Virus record (IMG/VR): IMGVR_UViG_3300033463_000054 | Span: 30,898-94,897 of that record | DNA length: 64,000 bases | DNA from: a virus | Lineage: Duplodnaviria > Caudoviricetes | Direction: 5' to 3' (one strand) | Shown here: in pieces, positions 1-9,955 of the stretch | Numbering within the stretch: the first letter of the stretch is position 1 | How the letters are laid out: each line of letters starts with the position of its first letter | The notes under the pieces: model-generated | Databases searched by the model: none | Seen by the model: only the letters and a program-made list of their open reading frames with translations | What the model was told of the DNA's origin: nothing | Made by a program: the position numbers and the translations under genes

Positions 1-55
1 CAGTAAAACGGACCGGCATTAGAGCTATTATTCCAATTACCGCCACGATAGACGA
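1..55 (-). repeat. DGR template repeat (TR), 5' part; continues beyond the window start
   Basis: Aligns without gaps to 332-386 (8 mismatches) and 1984-2038 (4 mismatches). Every mismatch is at a plus-strand T, i.e. a TR adenine. Reads YRGGNWNNSSNAGPFY with AAT codons. Confidence 0.95.
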
Positions 56-77
56 ACATCGGTAGAACTTTACCTAT

Positions 78-127
78 AAAAAGGAGAGAACATTTGCAGG
101 CGTTGACTCGTACAAATATCCTCTCCT
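78..127 (-). terminator. 17-bp RNA hairpin followed by a U-tract, just upstream of TR
   Basis: Arms 82-98 and 111-127 pair; the three mismatches are G-U pairs on the minus strand; followed by TTTT. Confidence 0.6.
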
Positions 128-232
128 AATTATTGAGCTTATATATATTTTATGTCTAACTAGATGTCAAATTTTACATTTTGTTCCAAAATGATTATCT
201 CAGACTATACAGTCTTCGATTACGAATTTACT

Positions 233-386
233 TTGCTGCCAAGAAGGAGGCTTCGCTCCGCTCAGCTATCTAGGCAACAAAGACGGCCACCGATACTACG
301 AGCCCGACTACCCACGCTATTACGCCAAAGCCAGCAAAACGGACCGGCATAAGAGCTATCAGCCCAACAACCGCCACGAAAGACGA
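233..386 (-). repeat. DGR variable repeat VR1 with IMH region and downstream GAA-loop hairpin (246-259)
   Basis: 3' end of CDS 262-1791; near-identical to 1885-2038; A-specific differences from TR. Confidence 0.92.
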
Positions 387-1791
387 TTCTGTATCCATTG
401 AGGTTTCGGGTGGAATACTGATAATCGCCTACTGGTTTCGTGGAATCAGCTCCCGTTCTTTGTGCCCTCGTTGCAATAAATCCCCAATCGAATTTCTCGC
501 TCCACCCGAAGTTATTTATGTAGCCATAAGCGTTCGTGACACCCAAAAATCCTTCACAAGTGATACCTGTGGATTCATAGTTGCCAGATTTCTTACTTTC
601 GGCGTAATTATAGTCAGTACAGTAGTAAGCTACACCACCTCTTTTGTAGCCATTACCCCAGATGTTAACGCCATTAGTGAATTCCCAGAGATTACCCCAG
701 TCATTCTCTCGACCTCTGTATCGTATGGAGACTTTACCGTTCGTGGTTGATGTGATCTTAACTCCTGCACTCGAGATTTGAAGTGTCGATGATGCAGCAC
801 CAGACCCGTTACCAAGGCTAGCAGTAGAACCAGTCTGTACTCCCTCGTTACCCGTCGATGAAGCATACGCCGTACAACCATTTCCAATCACACTCTGCAT
901 ATTAAACGTCGCATACTCCACTACCATCAGCATTTGTTCCATGGAGTGGATTTGGAAGTTCTCGGAGTGCCATTTTGATCCTCTATTCTGGCACATCTTT
1001 TCTACATTCGGTCGGGTGAGGACATTTTGGGGTGTGCCGGATGCGTAGGACATGCCAGATGCAGGCTTAACTCCGGCTATCGAGCAAAACTTATCGTTAT
1101 CGAAGTCGTAAATATAAGTCTGCGGGGTTACTGTGGGATCGCCTGTTACGGGGTCCCAAGTAATGTCAAGATCATCGTACAAGACGTAAGCCGAACCTGA
1201 CACGTCATACACACTGCCCTCGTAAGCCGAAATATAAATACCGTCCATCTCATTACCATCGGGATCGAGAAATGCAGGATGGACTTTGAAACCATATTTG
1301 GGGGTGTCTGAGAGGTAGTAATTGACTTTGAGCAGATGATAACCCTCAGGATCAGTGTATTCAGTGGGTGTAGAAGCCGTAGCAGGTATCTCCTCAACCG
1401 CTATCTTTTCCATTTTGAGCGGAACTGTGCGGTAATAGAACTTCGGCTGGTAAACCATCACCTGACCATTGCTGCCGTCTTCAGTATAGCCAACATCACC
1501 ATACCAAGCATTAACAGTACCGTCATCAGCCAGATTACAAAGCTTACGATTACCATACATGTTATATGTATTGAAGTCCGAGCCTGCAGTCTTTCCCACA
1601 GCACCAGCCAGTCGAGTAAATGTCGAGTTCTCGAAGTCAGCCTGCAAGCCGATAATGTCATTTTGATCAGGATAACCTATCCACGCTTCAATGTCCCTTA
1701 TATCATCCCAACCATCAGCATACTTCACATCGAATGTGGTTTGAGTATTGCTTATTGGGACTGTAATATTTGAAACTTCTGAATTAGCCAT
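262..1791 (-). CDS. DGR target protein 1, receptor-binding/tail fibre protein with C-terminal CLec-type variable region
   Basis: 509 aa at the end of the tail module; C-terminus FRGGCWADSSYAGPF...SIGGRL is the typical DGR target motif; RBS GAGGTG. Confidence 0.88.
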   Translation of the reverse strand: MANSEVSNITVPISNTQTTFDVKYADGWDDIRDIEAWIGYPDQNDIIGLQADFENSTFTRLAGAVGKTAGSDFNTYNMYGNRKLCNLADDGTVNAWYGDVGYTEDGSNGQVMVYQPKFYYRTVPLKMEKIAVEEIPATASTPTEYTDPEGYHLLKVNYYLSDTPKYGFKVHPAFLDPDGNEMDGIYISAYEGSVYDVSGSAYVLYDDLDITWDPVTGDPTVTPQTYIYDFDNDKFCSIAGVKPASGMSYASGTPQNVLTRPNVEKMCQNRGSKWHSENFQIHSMEQMLMVVEYATFNMQSVIGNGCTAYASSTGNEGVQTGSTASLGNGSGAASSTLQISSAGVKITSTTNGKVSIRYRGRENDWGNLWEFTNGVNIWGNGYKRGGVAYYCTDYNYAESKKSGNYESTGITCEGFLGVTNAYGYINNFGWSEKFDWGFIATRAQRTGADSTKPVGDYQYSTRNLNGYRIVFRGGCWADSSYAGPFCWLWRNSVGSRARSIGGRLCCLDS

Positions 1792-1884
1792 TTTGATTTC
1801 ACCTCGATTTTATTTGAAGTGTTTATGTATAGATTTCTCACGAATTTACTTTCAGCATGCGCTGACATCCCTCAGGAATTCGGG

Positions 1885-2038
1885 TTGCTGCCAAAAAGGA
1901 GGCTTCGCTCCGCTCAGCAATCTAGGCAACAAAGACGGCCACCGATACTACGATACCGAGAACCCACGCTAAGATTCCAAGCCCAGCAAAACGGACCGGC
2001 ATAAGAGCTATTATTCCAAGCACCGCCACGATAGACGA
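1885..2038 (-). repeat. DGR variable repeat VR2 with IMH region and downstream hairpin (1898-1911)
   Basis: Copy of VR1 at offset 1652; A-only differences from TR. Confidence 0.92.
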
Positions 2039-3836
2039 TTCTGTATCCGTTAAGGTTTGATGTATAGTACCCATAATCGCCTACTGGAAGTGTCGCACTA
2101 GCTGGTGTACCAACAAGTGTCGGTATAAACATCCAGTCACATTCTACATTCCATCCAAAATATCTCGTGTAACCATTAGTCTTGGTGCAAGTAATATTGG
2201 TCGAAATATAATTCTCGGTCTTTTTACTCTCAGCGAAAGTCCAATCATCGCAGTAATAAGGTATACCGCCACGCTTTTTGCCATTACCCCAAATATTAAG
2301 ACCGTTCGTGAACTTATACATATTACCCCAGTCGTTCTCTCGACCTCTGTAACGTATAGAAAGTTTATTTGTTCCATCTGTAGAGGTATAAGTCGTGGCT
2401 CCTGTGGAAATATATCTCGTGGTTGTAGTTGCTGCTCCTGTACCGTTACCTATTGACGTCGTAGCTCCTGTCTGTACAGTATTAGATTCAGTGGAAATAT
2501 CAGTAATGCCCGTTACACCAGCACCAATAGCTGTCTGCATATTAAACGCACCATACTCGATTACCATAAGGAGTTGTTCCATCGACACGACTTGAGCATT
2601 CTCGCTATGCCATTTTGAACCTCTATTCTGGCACATTGATTCTACACCAGTTCGAGTCATACTAGTATGCTTAAGGCCACTTGCAGGTTTAACCCCGGCT
2701 ATAGAACAAAACTTATCTGTGGTTGTATCAGCCAAATAAGTATCATGAGTGTAATTACCATCGTCACTCATATCGTCATAAATGAGATACTTAGCAGCCG
2801 AAACGTCGTAAATACTTCCCTCATACGCGGAAATATAAATTCCATCCATCTCATTACCATCAGCATCGAGGAAAGCTGGATGTACCTTAAACCCATACTT
2901 AGGCTTGTCGGAGATGAAGTAATTGGCTTTAAGGAGGTGATATCCCTCGGGTTCGGTGTACTCGGGTGTAGCTGCCTCTGGGTCAATTACTTCAGGAGCA
3001 ATCTTTTCGAGTTTGAGAGGGAGGACTTTGTAGTAAAATTTCGGCTGATAGACCATGACCTGTCCATTCGAGCCGTCTTCTATATATCCCTGCTCACCAT
3101 ACCAAGCATTAACAGTACCATTATCAGCAAGGTTACAGAGCTTCCTATCACCATACATTTTGAACACATTGAAATCCGATCCTGCAGTCTTACCTACAGC
3201 ACCAGCCAGTCGAGTAAACGTCATGTTTTCGAAGTCGGCCTGTAAACCCACAATGCTCGTATCATCAGGATATCCCAGATACGCATGCATATCCTCAAGC
3301 TGTTCCTTAGCGTAAGCGTCCTTTATGTTGAGAAGCATATTAGGATGTGTGACAACTCTAATGCTTGTGGAGTTAAGCCATGTCAGACAGCTAGCCGCAG
3401 TATCATAACCAAAGAACGTCCACCAGTTTCTATAACCTTCAGGAGGTATCTCAAACCAAACTTGTGCATCTGTATATGACGTTGTAGTACCGTCAAGTTT
3501 ATTATACGTGTCATAATCCAGTGTTAGAATCATTGTATCATAATAGAAAGTAAATCTGAAGTTCTTGTAAGTAAGTACACCATCAAGATATGATCCCGGA
3601 TTATTCATTTTGATCCATATAGACTGTGGAATATAAGCATTACGAGTTCCATCGGGATAATAAGTCATTCTAGCCATTGCAAATCCCGGAGAGTATTCAT
3701 CAGTCCAGATATTGACTCTTAAATCGCCTATATAAAAGTCCCCATTCGTGTCGTTTACCACCACATCCGCAGCAGAGGGATAAGTGATATCGTAATCCAT
3801 GGGGACCGTCACTTTAGACATAGTTGCATTTGGCAT
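1914..3836 (-). CDS. DGR target protein 2, paralogue of 262-1791 with an extra N-terminal domain
   Basis: Shares the GLQADFEN...GQVMVYQPKFYY...YRGRENDWGN core; start set at the ATG after AGGAGG. Confidence 0.88.
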   Translation of the reverse strand: MPNATMSKVTVPMDYDITYPSAADVVVNDTNGDFYIGDLRVNIWTDEYSPGFAMARMTYYPDGTRNAYIPQSIWIKMNNPGSYLDGVLTYKNFRFTFYYDTMILTLDYDTYNKLDGTTTSYTDAQVWFEIPPEGYRNWWTFFGYDTAASCLTWLNSTSIRVVTHPNMLLNIKDAYAKEQLEDMHAYLGYPDDTSIVGLQADFENMTFTRLAGAVGKTAGSDFNVFKMYGDRKLCNLADNGTVNAWYGEQGYIEDGSNGQVMVYQPKFYYKVLPLKLEKIAPEVIDPEAATPEYTEPEGYHLLKANYFISDKPKYGFKVHPAFLDADGNEMDGIYISAYEGSIYDVSAAKYLIYDDMSDDGNYTHDTYLADTTTDKFCSIAGVKPASGLKHTSMTRTGVESMCQNRGSKWHSENAQVVSMEQLLMVIEYGAFNMQTAIGAGVTGITDISTESNTVQTGATTSIGNGTGAATTTTRYISTGATTYTSTDGTNKLSIRYRGRENDWGNMYKFTNGLNIWGNGKKRGGIPYYCDDWTFAESKKTENYISTNITCTKTNGYTRYFGWNVECDWMFIPTLVGTPASATLPVGDYGYYTSNLNGYRIVYRGGAWNNSSYAGPFCWAWNLSVGSRYRSIGGRLCCLDC

Positions 3837-3856
3837 TTTGAGTAACACCTCCTTTG

Positions 3857-5305
3857 TTAATTATTTGATGTAGGGCCGAGACACATTATGCGAGCACCCA
3901 TTCCCCTACTATAAGTACCTACGCTATAATGACAATGCCAAGAAAAAGATCCAGCAATTGTGGTATTAAGCCAAGCACCACCAAAACAAGCCATTCGATA
4001 ATTATTAAGATTTGAAGTAACATAAATATAATCACCTACAGGAGTAGATGAATTGGCGCCATTACCAACTAATGTTGGAAAAAACCCCCAATCGCAATCG
4101 TTACTATACCCAAAATATTTAATATATTCGTTAGCATTAGTTATAGTAATACCCGTGGTTTTATAATTTTCAGTGCTTTTGCTGTCTTCATAATCAAAAT
4201 CATCACAGTAATATGGTATACCACCACGTTTTTTACTATTTCCTAAAATATTTAATCCGTTTATAATCTTATATACATTTCCCCAGTCGTTCTCTCTACC
4301 TCTGTATCTAATTGATAGTTTATCTGTTCCATCGGTAGCAGTATAAGTTGTGGCGCCTGTAGAAATATAACGGGTTGTGGTCGTTGCTACTCCTGTACCG
4401 TTACCAATTGAACTCGTAGCACCTGTCTGAACACTACAACTGTCTACAGATGTGCTAGATATATTTGTAACCCCATCGCCTATTGCAGTCTGCATATTAA
4501 ACATGCTATACTCGATTACCATTAAAAGCTGTTCCATCGATACTACTTGAGCATTCTCGCTATGCCATTTTAAACCTCTATTCAGACACATCGATTCAAT
4601 TCGTCGTGCACTTAAAACATGTTTATTACCAGAAGCAGGTTTAACTCCGGATATTGAACACATTTTATCAACAGTGTCATCAGCAATATATGTACCAAGC
4701 GTATAATTACCATCGTCACTCATATCGTCATAAACTAAATACTTCGATTCGCTAACATCATAAATTGATCCTTCATAAGCTGAAATATAAATTCCATCCA
4801 TCTCATTACCATTAGGATCAAGAAAAGCAGGATGAATTTTAAATCCCGGCCATTTGAAGTCGGAAATATAATAATCAGCTTTAAGAAGATGGTAACCTTC
4901 ACAATCGTGACCCGTTTCAGTTATAAGTTCTTTCTCAATAGGCACAACTTTATAATAGAACTTCGGCTGCCACACCATGACTTGTCCATTGCTGCCATCT
5001 TCAGTATATGTTAAATCTTCATACCACGCATTCACAGTTCCATCATCAGCGAGGTTACAAAGTCTACGTCCGCCATACATCGGGAACCTATCAAAGTCAC
5101 TACCAGCATTCAAACCCACAGCATCACCAAGTCGTGTGAATGTAGAATTTACAAAGTCTGCATGAAGACCTACCACGCCTTTAAGCGGATAATACCCAAT
5201 ATAATCGCCAACATTGGTAAGCTCGTTTCTTAGATTAGCATCTTTAAAATATAGAGTCTCATTACTTCCAGATATAGGTACAGTACAAGAAACAATATCA
5301 CTCAC
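3857..5305 (-). CDS. Third receptor-binding paralogue with a degenerate variable region
   Basis: Same core motifs; C-terminus FGGAW...AGSF...GARI has diverged from TR at non-A positions. Confidence 0.85.
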   Translation of the reverse strand: MSDIVSCTVPISGSNETLYFKDANLRNELTNVGDYIGYYPLKGVVGLHADFVNSTFTRLGDAVGLNAGSDFDRFPMYGGRRLCNLADDGTVNAWYEDLTYTEDGSNGQVMVWQPKFYYKVVPIEKELITETGHDCEGYHLLKADYYISDFKWPGFKIHPAFLDPNGNEMDGIYISAYEGSIYDVSESKYLVYDDMSDDGNYTLGTYIADDTVDKMCSISGVKPASGNKHVLSARRIESMCLNRGLKWHSENAQVVSMEQLLMVIEYSMFNMQTAIGDGVTNISSTSVDSCSVQTGATSSIGNGTGVATTTTRYISTGATTYTATDGTDKLSIRYRGRENDWGNVYKIINGLNILGNSKKRGGIPYYCDDFDYEDSKSTENYKTTGITITNANEYIKYFGYSNDCDWGFFPTLVGNGANSSTPVGDYIYVTSNLNNYRMACFGGAWLNTTIAGSFSWHCHYSVGTYSRGMGARIMCLGPTSNN

Positions 5306-5344
5306 TGTGCATTCTCCTTTCCATTTTGATTGAATTTACTTAGG

Positions 5345-6316
5345 TCAGGACACAGTGACTGTATCTGCTGTACCAGTGAATGTCGGGGTGGAAATTGTGC
5401 CTGCAGGAGTAATGTCACCATTAGAGGTAAGAGTGCTTCCTGTGAATGTCGGCGTGGAAACAGTACCTTCAGGAGTATATGTACCGGTTGCAGTAGCGCC
5501 TGTCATGAATGTCTTAGCAGTATCGGCTGTCGGAAGTGTACCGGGTGTGTAGCTAAGATTCTCCGTAGCGCTATCATAGCTAAATACGGGAAGCGTACCA
5601 ACTGCCGTTATACCTGTAACGGAGCCAGTGGTAGGTGTAACGCTAATATTCACGCTACCCTGTGTACCTGTGAATGTGGGAGTGGAAATTGTGCCTGTAG
5701 GAGTACCGGAGACTTGTACCGGCATGAGATTACCAGTAAATGTCGGGGTAGAAATTGAACCTGCAGGAGTAAAGCTACCCGATGCACTATCCTTAAATGC
5801 CAGATCGCCAAGACCAGACATATCGCCGAATTCGCTCCAATACAGCCCATCAAAGATAAACTCCTGATGAGAGTAGATAGCGATGTCTCCATTTTGAGCT
5901 TCAACCGGTTCGCCGTTAATGGTAATCGGGTTGGTAGACGCTCCATCGGTGAGGGCAGTAGTAGTCGTGCCGAGGAAGTGTATACCGCCCTGTCCGCCAC
6001 CTCCGCCACCACCGGAAGCAGCACCTCTAAAGGGACACTCGGCAAAGAGCTGTGCATGACACTCAAGAGTAGTCTCGCCAAGTGTGTATATCTTATTGTC
6101 AAGAACAGTCGTCACAAGACCCATCTGACCAGCCTTGAGCAGTATAACATTGTCAGCTTCTGCCACTATGCCAGACGTATCAGACATGTAAATATCAGTG
6201 TCACCAAGATTGCGCACCCAGACATAAACACTGTCCTTCTTACCGCCAAAATTGAACTTCTCAAACACTATTTCCTGTTCAGCAGCAGTCGTTATCACTG
6301 TTTTTATTTGTATCAT
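5345..6316 (-). CDS. Tail fibre-like protein with TPxG(T/S)(I/V)STPTFTG repeats
   Basis: 323 aa; poly-Gly linker; four Thr-rich repeats; tail module context. Confidence 0.6.
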   Translation of the reverse strand: MIQIKTVITTAAEQEIVFEKFNFGGKKDSVYVWVRNLGDTDIYMSDTSGIVAEADNVILLKAGQMGLVTTVLDNKIYTLGETTLECHAQLFAECPFRGAASGGGGGGGQGGIHFLGTTTTALTDGASTNPITINGEPVEAQNGDIAIYSHQEFIFDGLYWSEFGDMSGLGDLAFKDSASGSFTPAGSISTPTFTGNLMPVQVSGTPTGTISTPTFTGTQGSVNISVTPTTGSVTGITAVGTLPVFSYDSATENLSYTPGTLPTADTAKTFMTGATATGTYTPEGTVSTPTFTGSTLTSNGDITPAGTISTPTFTGTADTVTVS

Positions 6317-6343
6317 TAGGATTGCTCCTTTCTATTTTGAAAT

Positions 6344-7306
6344 TTAATAAGAATTCGGTAATACACCGCTTTTAAGACCGGTATATACATCATAAAACAT
6401 ATCTTTAATAAATGATGCGTAATCCTTATTTAATTTATCGCTAGTATTTTTTATTTTTGAAACATAAAACAAACTACAATCGCCAAATATTGCCATGCTA
6501 TCATTACCGCCCAGATTCATAGTCCATGTATTTTGACCCGGAATCCCTTCAGAATAACTATCATTATCTATAGTCGAACCGTATGAAAACCAAGTAGACA
6601 TCCAATCGACAACCGTTGTTACTGATACACTAACTCCAATAATAGGTTGTCCCGACGTAGAATTTATATGATAGTAATAAGTCGGTCCGGATACTGTAGC
6701 TGTGATTGAATTACCAATATCATCTATCTGTCCATGATAACCTGTTAAATATCTATTTCCTACATGATCTCCTATGTTTTTTGTGTTTATCCAACGATAT
6801 AATGGTGTAGTTCTATATATTGCTGATGCGCCTGTTGTAGGATACTTGCCATCAACGCCGGTATACCATACTTCAAAAAACAATGGTACATCAGAATCAA
6901 GCCATGTATATTGATACTGTAAATCCTCCAAAGGTGTCCGATAACCCAAACTATAACTATAATTACTAGAAAATAACATATCTATAAATTCATATAGTTT
7001 ACCGTTATTAGTTTTAAAATTTGGAACATACATTTTAAATCGATATTTTCTACCATAATTAAACTCGCCTACATTTTGAAAATATTGAGTGTTAAAACTT
7101 ACTCCATGTTCTCCATCATCACCATTTGAAAATATATTTACAGTAGGATCTATCATATCGTTAACATTCACTAATGCTCTATTATACAAATAACCTGTTG
7201 GCGGAATATACGTATTATTCGATAATGCGGTCAATGTCATTCCACTATAAGACCCACTTCCACCCATCATTATTCTAGCAGCATTGTAATTATCGCTCAT
7301 ATACAA
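6344..7306 (-). CDS. Putative minor tail protein
   Basis: Tyr/Asn-rich; N-terminal AARIMMxG motif shared with the adjacent gene. Confidence 0.55.
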   Translation of the reverse strand: MYMSDNYNAARIMMGGSGSYSGMTLTALSNNTYIPPTGYLYNRALVNVNDMIDPTVNIFSNGDDGEHGVSFNTQYFQNVGEFNYGRKYRFKMYVPNFKTNNGKLYEFIDMLFSSNYSYSLGYRTPLEDLQYQYTWLDSDVPLFFEVWYTGVDGKYPTTGASAIYRTTPLYRWINTKNIGDHVGNRYLTGYHGQIDDIGNSITATVSGPTYYYHINSTSGQPIIGVSVSVTTVVDWMSTWFSYGSTIDNDSYSEGIPGQNTWTMNLGGNDSMAIFGDCSLFYVSKIKNTSDKLNKDYASFIKDMFYDVYTGLKSGVLPNSY

Positions 7307-8291
7307 TCACTCCTGTACTATCAATTTCTTTATAATGATTAGGAAATGGATCGTAATACGTATTAATAGCATTAATTTTAGCAATGTGATACATCAATTC
7401 TTCCATAGAAACAGAATGCCATATTACGGTACTATTCCAAGGAGTATAATGATTGGTACTAACCACTGAATATGAAGCATCTTCCCATTCTGCGCCTGAC
7501 TCATAAGCCCCTCGATGTATTCGTACACCTGATCGATACGGTCCAGACGATTCTAATACAAAATGTCCACTACCAACTGTGTATCCAGATTGTTGCACGC
7601 GTATCCTATTTTCAGGATTAGCCATCATTGTCCAAAATTCCTGTCTAAGTTTACCAATATCAGTATATTTATCAGGGGCCGTATATAATGTATAGTCTTC
7701 TCTAGAATATAATTTTAATTCATTATCTGTAGAAGTAATGAATAACGGCACGTCTATTCCGGTTTTATAGAAAGCAAATAATGTGTTAGCATATATTACA
7801 TAGCTATCAACATAAGAATAATCCAAATCATGATAACCGGTACCAGCGTCATTTATGAATCCGTAATACATATACCAAGAATATGATGGATTAAAAACAA
7901 TATGAGTTATAGGAGTTTCGTTGTCGCTACTATTTGCAATAGATTTAGCGCCCATTCTAACATCGATCTCATAATCGTCACCCATTTTGAACACTATATG
8001 ATATGCCGATCCTGCAAAAAACTCATCATAAACATTCCAATTGTATACAAAAGGGTTTTGTTGGTTATAATACCGCTTCGTAGCAACCTTAACCTTGTCC
8101 CACATCTCGTTTTGTATAATACTTCCGCTTGGAGCAAATTCTCCGTTAGCTATAATAAGTTTATTTACTTTAGTAACGTTGCCGCCCGGACCATCCATCA
8201 TTATTCTGGCAGCTTCTATATTATTCAAGATGTGAGACCTCCTTTCTGTTAAAATGTTTTCTGGAAAATACCTTCTGGGAAAATTTTCCAT
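7290..8291 (-). CDS. Putative minor tail protein
   Basis: 333 aa; AARIMMDG motif; downstream of the Tal-like gene. Confidence 0.55.
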   Translation of the reverse strand: MENFPRRYFPENILTERRSHILNNIEAARIMMDGPGGNVTKVNKLIIANGEFAPSGSIIQNEMWDKVKVATKRYYNQQNPFVYNWNVYDEFFAGSAYHIVFKMGDDYEIDVRMGAKSIANSSDNETPITHIVFNPSYSWYMYYGFINDAGTGYHDLDYSYVDSYVIYANTLFAFYKTGIDVPLFITSTDNELKLYSREDYTLYTAPDKYTDIGKLRQEFWTMMANPENRIRVQQSGYTVGSGHFVLESSGPYRSGVRIHRGAYESGAEWEDASYSVVSTNHYTPWNSTVIWHSVSMEELMYHIAKINAINTYYDPFPNHYKEIDSTGVIVYER

Positions 8292-8335
8292 TTTGAATTC
8301 TTGAAAAATGTTGAATGCTAATGAAACTTTTTCAT

Positions 8336-9955
8336 TTAGGAATTGTTGTTAGATGGAAAATACGTGCCTTTAGCTACATCTTCCTTGGTTATGTCGCTGC
8401 GTTCATCACCTGAGCCAGTTGCAGTATAAACTTCTTCATGATCAGCCGTCTCGGTAACAACAGTATTATCATCAATCTTCTTAACTCTTGTTGGTTCAAC
8501 CATCTGATAATAAGTTGTTCCATTTTGAGCAACCGCCTGAAGTATACCTGCCGATTTAGCTTTTGCTCGATCGTAATATTCGGTGAGCATCTTTGGACTC
8601 GTCGGAATAGTATAGTTATCATAAATTTGAAATCTATACTCTGTAGCTCCGGGATTATCGAGATCCATAGATAAAGCTGAACAAACAAATTCATCATTAT
8701 CGTACTCATCCTGTCCATGAGCATCACCGGCATTAAAGTACGCTCCCCAACCAATATTTAAAAAGTTATTAGGATTAAACTGAGATTCGTCACTATCATG
8801 TTCAAACATATCAGCTAAAAGTATTGGAGTATATCCTTCATCTCGTACTTCTGACAACCAAGCAAGTTCTACAGCCGTTACATTAAATTCACACGCTTTT
8901 CTCTTTTCATATGCTGTAAGATTAGCTTGTGCTACAGCTTCAAGGGTTGTTCTATCAGTACATTCACTATAATCTATAGTTTTTTCTATATAGCCGTACT
9001 CTCCAAGCAACGAACTAGCCATATAATCACTAGTCGCCATATACGCTTTGTAGTTTTCACCTGACGGAGAATGCCATGTGCAATCTTCACTCAAACGTAT
9101 TTTATTGGCACCAAGAGGTATAACTGCATTATAAATTTCGAGACCGTCACCATTATTCTTATAATCTACCAAGTTGTTAGCGAATTCTATACGTTTTACA
9201 GATTCGCCCCACGGTAAATATGCTACAAATAAAGTAAGACCATCGCCACTATCGTCCCTATATTCAGCCCATATACCAACTTTAGGATCAAGCCCTGCTA
9301 TTTCACTAAACATATCGAAGAATGTTCTATAGTCGTCTATACTAGCATACGTAGCATAATTTATATACCCATTATATGAATCGGGATCTGTTGGATCATA
9401 CGGGGTTACAACTACGAAACTATCAAACTTTCTTTTATATGCTTTTGTTGTAACAATGGCGTTGTATTCCCCAAAAAGCTCATCCATAAGTTTGATTGCG
9501 GACATGTTATATGCTTTATTTTCGTTTTGACCAGACGCCCAGAAATATTTCCTAGGACGAACCATAACATCGTTAAGAAACGCAAGAGCTCCTTCACAAG
9601 TAATGTTTCGTTCAAGATTAAAAGTCTTTTCAATTGTTAATACACGACCATACCATATATTATGTCCATTTGTATAAGTATGATGTTCTGCATCGTAATC
9701 GCAATCTATATCGACTTTAATAGTTGTGCCTAAAGGAAACATTGAATTAACTAAGGGATGCTCAGGACCAATTGTAAACGTAAGAGATCCAGCTCTATTC
9801 ATTTCTTTTTCCATTTTGATATTATAAGCAAATGCTTTATCCTGCTCAATAGGAGACCCATAAATAAAGTCTGGAAAATTCTCTGCGGCATGAACTAATT
9901 GCCAGTTATAAGTTGTTGAATGAACACTGGTATCAGCAAAAATATAAAATTTCAC
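8336..9955 (-). CDS. Tail tip/hub protein (Tal-like, phage tail endopeptidase family)
   Basis: AGSLTFTI...HP, WYGRVL, TCEGALAFLND, NAVIPLGA motifs; follows Dit. Confidence 0.75.
   Translation of the reverse strand: MKFYIFADTSVHSTTYNWQLVHAAENFPDFIYGSPIEQDKAFAYNIKMEKEMNRAGSLTFTIGPEHPLVNSMFPLGTTIKVDIDCDYDAEHHTYTNGHNIWYGRVLTIEKTFNLERNITCEGALAFLNDVMVRPRKYFWASGQNENKAYNMSAIKLMDELFGEYNAIVTTKAYKRKFDSFVVVTPYDPTDPDSYNGYINYATYASIDDYRTFFDMFSEIAGLDPKVGIWAEYRDDSGDGLTLFVAYLPWGESVKRIEFANNLVDYKNNGDGLEIYNAVIPLGANKIRLSEDCTWHSPSGENYKAYMATSDYMASSLLGEYGYIEKTIDYSECTDRTTLEAVAQANLTAYEKRKACEFNVTAVELAWLSEVRDEGYTPILLADMFEHDSDESQFNPNNFLNIGWGAYFNAGDAHGQDEYDNDEFVCSALSMDLDNPGATEYRFQIYDNYTIPTSPKMLTEYYDRAKAKSAGILQAVAQNGTTYYQMVEPTRVKKIDDNTVVTETADHEEVYTATGSGDERSDITKEDVAKGTYFPSNNNS

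Noticed and set aside
164-2004. Near-identical plus-strand ORFs 164-352 and 1819-2004
   Set aside because: They are antisense shadows of VR1 and VR2; their similarity comes from the DGR repeats.
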